A DNA stretch of 51,583 nt from an uncultured Candidatus Saccharibacteria bacterium (GTDB lineage Bacteria > Patescibacteriota > Minisyncoccia > Phycocordibacterales > UBA918): assembly GCA_964521645.1 (NCBI GenBank), contig CAZFSB010000001.1, positions 17,712 to 69,294 on the forward strand, in the 5' to 3' direction. The position numbers and the translations under genes were made by a program. Of the stretch, positions 17,460-24,592 are shown piece after piece. The notes below the pieces were generated by a model. That model did not search any database and was not told the origin of the DNA. It saw only the letters and a program-made list of their open reading frames with translations. How positions within the stretch are numbered: position 1 is the stretch's first letter; the number at the start of each line of letters is the position of its first letter.

Positions 17460-18363
17460 GATATTTCTTATGAACTTCTCGTAAATGTTTGTCAGTGACA
17501 TGAGTATACACCTGGGTCGTACCGATGTTGGCGTGCCCCAGGAGTGCCTGCACACTACGGAGGTCGGCCCCGTTTGACAGCAGGTCGGTCGCGAAGCTGT
17601 GACGAATGACGTGCGGGGTCACCTTGCGGGTGATGCCGGCTTTGATCGCGTAGGTCTTAATGAGTCGCTGCACGGCCCGCGGGGAGAGTCGCAGGTCGCC
17701 ACCGTCGTTCATCTTTCGGCCGTAGCGAACGAACATCGCATCATCCATGTCCTTTCGATGCTTCAGGTAGTCCTGCAGGGTGGCACGCGCGGAGTCTGAG
17801 AGAAAGACCACGCGCACTTTGTCACCCTTTCCGCGCACGGAAAATTCGTCACGCGACATATCGACATCATCGATCGACAGTCCGCACAATTCTGAGATAC
17901 GCAGGCCGGTGGAGAAGAGAAGTTCGAGGATCGCTTTGTCCCTCTTTCCCTCGAGCGTCTTCTGGTCGGGTGCACCCATGAGCCGTTTCAGCTCAGCGGC
18001 TGAAATGAGATCGATCGAACGCTCGGGGACTTTCGCCAGCTCGATGCGCTCCGGAGAGAGAGCTTCGATACCGCGCTTGCGGAGGAACTTGAGAAACGCC
18101 CGCAGCGCGATGAGATAGTAGTTCTGCGTGCGGCGCTTCATCGGTTCCATGCGTCCGCCGACTTTCGTACCTGGCTGCCTGTTGAGATGGATACGAAACT
18201 CTCGTACCTGTTCCTCAGTGAGGTCACCGACCTTTTTCACTTTGGCGAACTCGAAAAAACGCTCCAGGTAGCGATCATAGTTCTCAACTGTCTTCACACT
18301 CCTACCCCGCTCGATCTCGAGGTACTCCAGAAATTGCCGTTTCAGTTCCACAAGGCTGTTCAT
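17449..18363 (-). CDS. tyrosine site-specific recombinase, XerC/XerD family
   Basis: ORF trimmed to ATG 18363 (MNSLVELKRQFLEYLEIERGRS...), with TATACT 8 nt upstream. N-terminal SAM-like domain. Catalytic residues in LRISEL, HVIRHSFAT and LGHANIGTTQVYTHV. Confidence 0.9.
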   Translation of the reverse strand: MNSLVELKRQFLEYLEIERGRSVKTVENYDRYLERFFEFAKVKKVGDLTEEQVREFRIHLNRQPGTKVGGRMEPMKRRTQNYYLIALRAFLKFLRKRGIEALSPERIELAKVPERSIDLISAAELKRLMGAPDQKTLEGKRDKAILELLFSTGLRISELCGLSIDDVDMSRDEFSVRGKGDKVRVVFLSDSARATLQDYLKHRKDMDDAMFVRYGRKMNDGGDLRLSPRAVQRLIKTYAIKAGITRKVTPHVIRHSFATDLLSNGADLRSVQALLGHANIGTTQVYTHVTDKHLREVHKKYHGK

Positions 18364-18575
18364 CAGTACCAAGTATAGCAGGGAACGGAACCGTTTTGCG
18401 ACATGACAAAACTTCACAAATGAAGATTCACTCCTTTACCTCACTCAGATTTTTTCGACCGTTCCCGCTTCCAGCGAGCGGGAACTAACGCTTCGCCGGA
18501 CCCTCTTCAAATGAAGAGACCAAGCGCTCCGGCTCCAGAGTTTCGAAAAAAGCTAAGTGAGGTACGGAGTACCAA

Positions 18576-18750
18576 GGTACCACCAAGCTAATTTTACGAT
18601 GCCTTGCGGATTGATGGTTGGTGACAGAGGAGTTGGAGCAGGCAAAAGCCACTGTCTGAGTGAAACGAGTTTGGCTTTTGCCGTCGTGGAAACGACTACC
18701 GTCACCCCAGCAAGTAGCACTCGGCTGAGTAAACTTAGCTTGGTGGTGCC
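18576..18750. ncRNA. unclassified ~175-nt structured element, copy 1 (homolog of 29726-29900)
   Basis: 15-bp closing helix 18576-18590/18736-18750 and three internal helices. Five blocks are identical to the reverse complement of copy 2, while all helices covary. G-U pairs and a GGAA loop favour the + strand. Confidence 0.6.
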
Positions 18751-18780
18751 TGGTGTTTCGCAAAAAGAAGACACAGTAGC

Positions 18781-18808
18781 TTGATTTTTGCCCAATTTAT
18801 GCTATTAT
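18781..18808 (+). promoter_or_regulatory. candidate sigma70-type promoter upstream of rpsO
   Basis: TTGATT (18781-18786), 16-nt spacer, TATTAT (18803-18808). This would give a ~145-nt leader. Confidence 0.3.
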
Positions 18809-18957
18809 CATCGGAACCTTCACCCCAGGAGTACTTCCATTGGCCTACGCCAAGGGGCACGCAGGTTGTTATTATTCCGGACCAGATGGTGCCGTCGATG
18901 TTGGAAACAGCATATGCGCGGATTGGCTCACGATCGGTTTCGTAAACAAATACACAC

Positions 18958-19224
18958 ATGCTATCAAAGCGAGTAAAAGAAAATGAACTGAAGAAGGCGC
19001 AGCGCCACGACCAAGACACTGGTTCGCCAGAAGCACAGGTCGCCCTCTTGACCCGTCAGATCGAGGAGTTGTCCGCTCATTTGCGCAAGCACAAGAAGGA
19101 CTTCCACTCACGACGCGGACTTCTCCAGATGGTAGCGGATCGCCGCACCCACCTGAAGTATCTTCAGAAGAAGAATGCTGATGCCTACGAGGCACTCATC
19201 AAGAAGCTTGACCTCAAGCGATAA
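18958..19224 (+). CDS. rpsO: 30S ribosomal protein S15
   Basis: 88 aa. [40 protein letters not shown] matches the S15 consensus throughout. Confidence 0.95.
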   Translation: MLSKRVKENELKKAQRHDQDTGSPEAQVALLTRQIEELSAHLRKHKKDFHSRRGLLQMVADRRTHLKYLQKKNADAYEALIKKLDLKR

Positions 19225-19244
19225 GCTCCGTCATTCAAATTCTG

Positions 19245-19275
19245 AAAACTCGCTCCATAGTGGAGCGAGTTTTCG
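19245..19275 (+). terminator. rho-independent terminator of rpsO
   Basis: AAAACTCGCTCCA-TAG-TGGAGCGAGTTTTC. Confidence 0.8.
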
Positions 19276-19321
19276 TTTCGCGGTATAGTGTAACTAAGGT
19301 TACCTCACGATGTTTTGTAAA

Positions 19322-19435
19322 GTCACCTCCCCGGTCGCCACTCAGAGAGTAGCGACTATGCGCGGGAGGGTTTGGCTGGGGCGCGCAAGGAGCGTGCGAT
19401 TCGAGGGGTGACCGGAGAGGTGACAACTGTTTTTC
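19322..19435 (+). ncRNA. candidate structured RNA or long-stem terminator-like element
   Basis: GTCACCTCCCCGGTC (19322-19336) pairs with GACCGGAGAGGTGAC (19410-19424), 14 of 15 positions. It encloses hairpins GTCGC...GCGAC and TGCGCG...CGCGCA. TTTTT lies 5 nt downstream. Confidence 0.4.
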
Positions 19436-19475
19436 ATAAACTGAAAACTTTTTAATAAATTAATCAATTTTATAT

Positions 19476-20093
19476 ATGGGAGTAATTAGACACCCCGACC
19501 AGCGCGTCGCCATGCTCATTGATACACAAAACCTGTATCACAGCGCTAAGAATCTTTATAAGTCGAAAGTGAACTTTGCCGCGGTAGTGAAAGCAGCCGT
19601 ACAAGACCGCAAACTCATCCGCGCAGTTTCCTACGTCGTGAACACGGAGGGCGGGGAAGAGTCGGCTTTTTTCGAGGCGCTTGAAAAGGTTGGCATTGAG
19701 ATCAAGACCAAAGACTTGCAGATATTTTACGGCGGTGCGAAAAAAGCCGACTGGGACGTCGGTCTCGCCGTCGACGCGATCAAGCTCGCTCACAAAGTGG
19801 ACGCGATCATCCTTGCCACTGGCGATGGAGACTTCATTCCGCTCGTTGAGTACGTGAAGAGCCAGGGCTGTCAGGTGGAGGCGATCACCTTTGGTCGCTC
19901 ATCATCGTCTGGCCTACGTGCCGTGGTGGATGACTTCATCGATCTCGACGATGACCCGAAGCAATTCCTCCTCGGCTACCGACCGACTCGCAAGGGACCC
20001 GCTCGCAGTAGTCGACCCGCTCGCAATGGTAAAGGTGAGGGCAGAGGGGGATCAACCAAGGTAGTTGGTTCTGATACGGACGGATTACTGTAA
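19476..20093 (+). CDS. NYN-domain (LabA/DUF88-like) protein with Arg/Gly-rich C-terminal tail
   Basis: RVAMLIDTQNLYHSAKN... and ILATGDGDFIPLVEYVKSQGCQVEAITFG are typical of the LabA-like NYN fold. Confidence 0.8.
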   Translation: MGVIRHPDQRVAMLIDTQNLYHSAKNLYKSKVNFAAVVKAAVQDRKLIRAVSYVVNTEGGEESAFFEALEKVGIEIKTKDLQIFYGGAKKADWDVGLAVDAIKLAHKVDAIILATGDGDFIPLVEYVKSQGCQVEAITFGRSSSSGLRAVVDDFIDLDDDPKQFLLGYRPTRKGPARSSRPARNGKGEGRGGSTKVVGSDTDGLL

Positions 20094-20096
20094 AAA

Positions 20097-20137
20097 TAAA
20101 AAACAGCGCGGCGCCCTTCGGGCGCCGCGCTGTTTTT
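20097..20137 (+). terminator. rho-independent terminator
   Basis: AAAAAACAGCGCGGCGCC-CTTC-GGGCGCCGCGCTGTTTTTT. Confidence 0.85.
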
Positions 20138-20259
20138 TGCTAGTGGCACTTCCGTCGCAACTTTGCTATCGTGGTGGCGTTACCATTCCGAACTACTCAC
20201 GACCGGATATTTGATCTTTCAAATGTCTCATCGTGAGTGGCTCACTTAAGTTTTCACAC

Positions 20260-22404
20260 ATGAAGTCACGATCATTTTCTTTAGAGCTAGCGGGAAAAAC
20301 ACTCACCGCGCAGTTCACCGACCTTACCGCTCACGCCAATGGCTCGGTTCTCCTCCGGTACGGTGAGACCGCTATCCTGGTTACCGCCGTGATGGGCGAC
20401 CGGGAAGTAAATATGAATTACTTCCCGCTCTCGGTTGAGTTCGAAGAAAAATTCTACGCCGCCGGTGCCATTCTCGGCAGCCGCTTCATGCGCCGCGAAG
20501 GAAAACCGAGCGATGAAGCTGTCCTTTCAGCCCGTATCGTAGACCGCACCATTCGCCCACTCTTCAATCAACACATACGAAATGAAGTGCAGGTGGTCGT
20601 GACTGTCCTCGCCATCGGCGAAGACGACCCCGATGTCCTTGGCGTCATCGGAGCCTCCCTTGCTCTTGGTACCTCTGACATTCCTTGGCGTGGCCCGGTC
20701 GGTGCCGTGCGCATCGGCCGCAATAAAGAAACCGGCATCGTGACCCTCAACCCAACTTACAACGAGCGCAAAGAAGGGCTGCTTGATTTTGAAGTACTTG
20801 CTTGTGGTAAAGACGGTACCATCAACATGATCGAGACCGCTGCGTTTGAGGTACAAGAAAAGGATATCGTCGCAGTGCTGGAAGCAGCGAGCAAGATCCA
20901 CCACCAACTTGAAACATGGCAACAGAAGATCATCACCACTATCGGCAAAGCCAAGAAGGCTGAACCAGTGCGTGAGATCCCAGTCGAACTCACCGAAATA
21001 TTTGAATCCTCCTTCCGCTCTCGACTCTCGGCTGTCCTCTTTTCAAACACCGCTGGAAAGTCACATATATATGAGCTGAAAGATGCGTTCATGGCCACTA
21101 TCAAAGCCGCCGAAGCAGACATTAACGAAACTCTCGCGAGCGATTTCTTCGAAGAAGCGATTGACCACGAACTCCATCGTGGCGCCATTGAGGAGGGAAA
21201 GCGAGCTGACGGCCGCGGCATGGACGAAGTTCGCGAACTCTACGCGCAGGCCGGACGACTCTCACCGGTTCTCCATGGTTCAGGTATCTTCTACCGCGGC
21301 GGCACGCATATTTTCACCGCACTCACCCTCGGTGGACCAGAGGCCGCCCAGATGATCGACAGCATCGAATCTGCCGACACCAAGAAGCGCTTCATGCATC
21401 ACTACAACTTCCCACCCTTTTCGGTCGGCGAGACCGGACGCATCGGTGGTTTCAACCGACGCATGATCGGGCACGGCGCTCTGGCTGAAAAAGCGCTTGT
21501 TCCAGTCATCCCAGCACAGCAAGAATTTCCGTACACTATTCGCTTGGTGTCTGAGACCCTTTCCAGCAACGGCTCTAGTTCCATGGGTTCGGTTTGCGCC
21601 TCAACTCTCGCCCTCATGGACGGTGGGGTACCGATCACGCGACCGGTCGCCGGTATCGCCTCTGGCGTAATGATCAAGGGAGAGGAGTATGTGCTTCTCA
21701 CTGACATCCAAGGACCAGAAGATGAATTTGGTGACATGGACTTCAAGGTCGCCGGTACGACCGAGGGTGTGACTGCCATTCAAATGGATGTGAAGGTCGA
21801 TGGTGTGCCACTACATATATTAGAAGGAGCGCTCGAGAAAGCTCGTTTGGCGCGTCTGCAGATACTCGAGGTCATCAAGACCGAGATACAAAATCCGCGA
21901 GCTACCATCTCACCACGTGCCCCAGAGATCGTCGTCGTACAGATCATGCCCGAGCAGATCGGTCTTGTGATCGGCAGCGGCGGCAAGACCATCAACAGCA
22001 TCAAAGACGGCACGAAGGTGGAGGAGATAACCATCGAGGAAGATGGCACCGTGTTCATCACTGGCAAGAATGGCAGCGCGCAAGCGGCCGCCGAGCGGGT
22101 CCGCGCGCTCACTAAGGTCTACGAAATAGGCGATCGCCTCGACGCTACTATCATTAAGATCGCGACCTTTGGTGCTTTCGCCAAACTCGACGCCTTTAAC
22201 GAGGGTCTCATTCACATTTCTGAGATCGCCCCCTTCCGTCTTGAGACAATGGAAAGCATTCTCAAGGAAGGGGAAGTGGTGCCGGTCGTCGTGAGCAAGA
22301 TAGAGAATGGGAAGATCGGCCTTTCCATTAAGCAGGCTGACCCCACTTTTGCTGAAAAACGTGGTCTGAAACCTCAAAATAAACCAGAAAACCACGGAAA
22401 GTAG
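20260..22404 (+). CDS. pnp: polyribonucleotide nucleotidyltransferase (PNPase)
   Basis: ORF 20233 (GTG) trimmed to ATG 20260. Two RNase PH domains (GDMDFKVAGT, SNGSSSMGSVC), a KH domain (GKTINSIK) and a C-terminal S1 domain. Confidence 0.95.
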   Translation: MKSRSFSLELAGKTLTAQFTDLTAHANGSVLLRYGETAILVTAVMGDREVNMNYFPLSVEFEEKFYAAGAILGSRFMRREGKPSDEAVLSARIVDRTIRPLFNQHIRNEVQVVVTVLAIGEDDPDVLGVIGASLALGTSDIPWRGPVGAVRIGRNKETGIVTLNPTYNERKEGLLDFEVLACGKDGTINMIETAAFEVQEKDIVAVLEAASKIHHQLETWQQKIITTIGKAKKAEPVREIPVELTEIFESSFRSRLSAVLFSNTAGKSHIYELKDAFMATIKAAEADINETLASDFFEEAIDHELHRGAIEEGKRADGRGMDEVRELYAQAGRLSPVLHGSGIFYRGGTHIFTALTLGGPEAAQMIDSIESADTKKRFMHHYNFPPFSVGETGRIGGFNRRMIGHGALAEKALVPVIPAQQEFPYTIRLVSETLSSNGSSSMGSVCASTLALMDGGVPITRPVAGIASGVMIKGEEYVLLTDIQGPEDEFGDMDFKVAGTTEGVTAIQMDVKVDGVPLHILEGALEKARLARLQILEVIKTEIQNPRATISPRAPEIVVVQIMPEQIGLVIGSGGKTINSIKDGTKVEEITIEEDGTVFITGKNGSAQAAAERVRALTKVYEIGDRLDATIIKIATFGAFAKLDAFNEGLIHISEIAPFRLETMESILKEGEVVPVVVSKIENGKIGLSIKQADPTFAEKRGLKPQNKPENHGK

Positions 22405-22451
22405 TGAAAAACTCCCCTACAAGTCACTGAAATCGTGCGATACTAGAAGCA

Positions 22452-24200
22452 ATGACAGACAACTCCACACGTCGACCAATTCGCCTGCGTACTTTTGCCT
22501 CTGATCTAGAAGCAAAGCGGGGGACGGGAGCGACCCTCGACCCTTCGATTCAGCCGGTGGTTTCGGCGGCATTGGCAGAGGAGGCTCTAGCAAAGCCGAC
22601 ACCTAGACAGCGTGCCTCCACTCCAGAACCAACCGATATCAACATTACCGCTTCGTCATCGGTAAAAATAAATGAGGACCTTTCCGTTCCATCACCTTCC
22701 ACCACGATCGAGCGACCGGCCGCTCCCGCTGAAGCCTCCACTACAATAAACAAGATCCCCGCCTTTCATGAGCTGAAAAAGAAGGCTAATACGATTCACA
22801 CAGACATCACCGCCGAAACACCAAAGCACAAGAAGAAGAAACCGGCACGAAAAGCGAGTGCGGCTCCCGATCGGCCTAATGTAGGTTACGATTCCGCCAT
22901 CATTACCGACACCAAGAGTGAGCGATTCAAGCTGTTCCCCTCTATCATCGATTCACTTCGCTCCTGGTTTACCCAACTTACCAAGAATCGTGCGCGTAGA
23001 AAGGTCCCGCAGTATAGCGTTCCCGAGACTGAGCGGCGCAAGGGAGTGATCCAGCGTGCCACGTCCAAGACCGGTACGATCTTTAGCGCTGACAGTGAAA
23101 CGTTGCGCGAGCAGATCAGGCGTCGACAACAGCGCGCTGAAGAAACCGACACCGATGATGAGCTAGACACCATTTGGACACCTTTCACCGAAACTGGGTT
23201 CCCTCTTTTGGAGGCGCCTGATGAGCCGGTGCCAACTATTCAGAATGTCACCATTGAGTACAAGCGTCGCCCACAGATCGTCGTACCGACAAACGAAACC
23301 CCAGTCATTCCTCCCGAGGCCATGGCCGCTGACGCTACTAATGAGTTAGAAGTCATTGAACCCCTGTCTGAAGATGAAGCTCGCTGGGCAGCAACTGCTG
23401 CCGAAGATCGTTCTGACCTCCTTGAAGCGGAGATACCCCCAGAACCTTTCGAGCGTACTGTGGTCGCGGAAAGCACCGAGCCCTTCACTCAAACCGTTCC
23501 GTTGGCTAAACGATCAACAACACAAACTCGCTTCCTCTCCCTTTCCGATACCAACACACTGACCATTATCGTTGTGATCGCCATTGTCGCTGTCGTGGTC
23601 ACGGTGTTCGTTGGCTACACGATCTTTTTCAAGGACCGTTCTTCCGAGGCCGCTCTTACCGTATCGCTCACTGAGCCAGTCCTTTCTCCAGCTACCTTAA
23701 ATAACTTGACCCTCACCGCACAATCCTTGAACACTGTTCCCGAGCTGATCAACAGCACCCTTGCTTCTAGTTCCGCTGGATTGGTCGAGCTCGCCCTGGT
23801 CTCTGCAACCGGAGAAGAGATCAGCCCGGCATACCTTTTCGAGATCCTTCGTTTTCAAACGATGCCCGGCTTGCGCCAGGCTCTCACGAGCGTACGTTTC
23901 GCTTCGGTCAATGGCTCCGACCCGATCATTGTCCTTAGTTTCACTGACACCGACACGGTGCGTGGGGGATTGCTTGCTTGGGAAAATACCATCACTGCCG
24001 ACTTGATAGACCTGTATGACCTTCCGGTCCTTCCTGCTTCTGCGTTTACTGATGAAACCATTTCCGGAGTCGACACACGCATCCTTCGCCATGAGAATAA
24101 GACCGTACTGATGTACGGTATCGTAGGGGAGAACATCGCTCTCATTACGACCAACTTTGCAGATTTTGCACAAGTGATTGACCTACTCGGTACCAAGTAG
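22452..24200 (+). CDS. hypothetical single-pass membrane protein with a long Pro/Thr/Glu-rich disordered N-terminal half
   Basis: TM segment LTIIVVIAIVAVVVTVFVGYTIFF in mid-protein. N-terminal IRLRTFASDLEA motif. No family recognised. Confidence 0.65.
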   Translation: MTDNSTRRPIRLRTFASDLEAKRGTGATLDPSIQPVVSAALAEEALAKPTPRQRASTPEPTDINITASSSVKINEDLSVPSPSTTIERPAAPAEASTTINKIPAFHELKKKANTIHTDITAETPKHKKKKPARKASAAPDRPNVGYDSAIITDTKSERFKLFPSIIDSLRSWFTQLTKNRARRKVPQYSVPETERRKGVIQRATSKTGTIFSADSETLREQIRRRQQRAEETDTDDELDTIWTPFTETGFPLLEAPDEPVPTIQNVTIEYKRRPQIVVPTNETPVIPPEAMAADATNELEVIEPLSEDEARWAATAAEDRSDLLEAEIPPEPFERTVVAESTEPFTQTVPLAKRSTTQTRFLSLSDTNTLTIIVVIAIVAVVVTVFVGYTIFFKDRSSEAALTVSLTEPVLSPATLNNLTLTAQSLNTVPELINSTLASSSAGLVELALVSATGEEISPAYLFEILRFQTMPGLRQALTSVRFASVNGSDPIIVLSFTDTDTVRGGLLAWENTITADLIDLYDLPVLPASAFTDETISGVDTRILRHENKTVLMYGIVGENIALITTNFADFAQVIDLLGTK

Positions 24201-24215
24201 GATATACTCATCCAT

Positions 24216-24587
24216 ATGCAACACGAAGAATATAAAGCGCACCTTGAGTCGGCTTTGGCTGAGATAGTCTCTGAACTTTCTGACATTGCCTCTTTTAATG
24301 ATGAGACGGGTGACTGGGAAGCGGTTCCTGATGCTACCGAGCTCGGTAACGCTGACGAAAATGTTGAAGCAGATGCGATCGAAGGCTGGGGCACAAGGCG
24401 GGCGATCGTAAACGAACTTGAGACACGCTACCGTAATCTCAAGCGCGCCCTCGCCAAGATCGAAGCGGGTACCTACGGTGTCTGTGAGATCAGCGGCGAA
24501 CCGATCGAGCCAGAACGACTAGCAGCCAACCCGGCCGCGCGTACCAACATCGCCAACCGGGACCGCGAAAAGGAACTTCCTCTATAG
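24216..24587 (+). CDS. DksA/TraR-family protein, Cys4 zinc finger not conserved
   Basis: RRAIVNELETRYRNLKRALAKIEAGTYGVCEISGEPIEPERLAANPAARTNI matches the DksA/TraR C-terminal pattern, but only one of the four Cys is present. Confidence 0.7.
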   Translation: MQHEEYKAHLESALAEIVSELSDIASFNDETGDWEAVPDATELGNADENVEADAIEGWGTRRAIVNELETRYRNLKRALAKIEAGTYGVCEISGEPIEPERLAANPAARTNIANRDREKELPL

Positions 24588-24592
24588 TCAGT

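Noticed and set aside
18576-18590. GGTACCACC (rc GGTGGTACC) resembles the T-box core sequence.
   Set aside because: It is part of helix P1, whose sequence is completely different in copy 2. No aminoacyl-tRNA synthetase or amino-acid gene lies downstream, and there is no specifier-loop architecture.
18641-18682. GCCACTG within the P3 hairpin resembles the conserved GCCACUG of cobalamin riboswitches.
   Set aside because: The other cobalamin-riboswitch core elements (the GGGAA...GGTGAAA..CC region and the B12 box) are absent. The genomic context (Xer, rpsO, rsmA, uvrD) has no link to B12.
18860-18900. The minus-strand GGTCCGGAA resembles the SRP RNA domain IV motif GGUCCGGAAGGAAGCAGCC.
   Set aside because: The sequence continues TAATAACAACC, with no GGAA tetraloop stem and no AGCA motif, so it is not an SRP RNA helix 8.
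18485-19195. Five overlapping ORF-track entries on both strands between the Xer gene and rpsO.
   Set aside because: They overlap one another, their translations are low-complexity or Cys/Arg/Trp-rich, there are no start-codon contexts, and the region is better explained by RNA structure and the rpsO leader.
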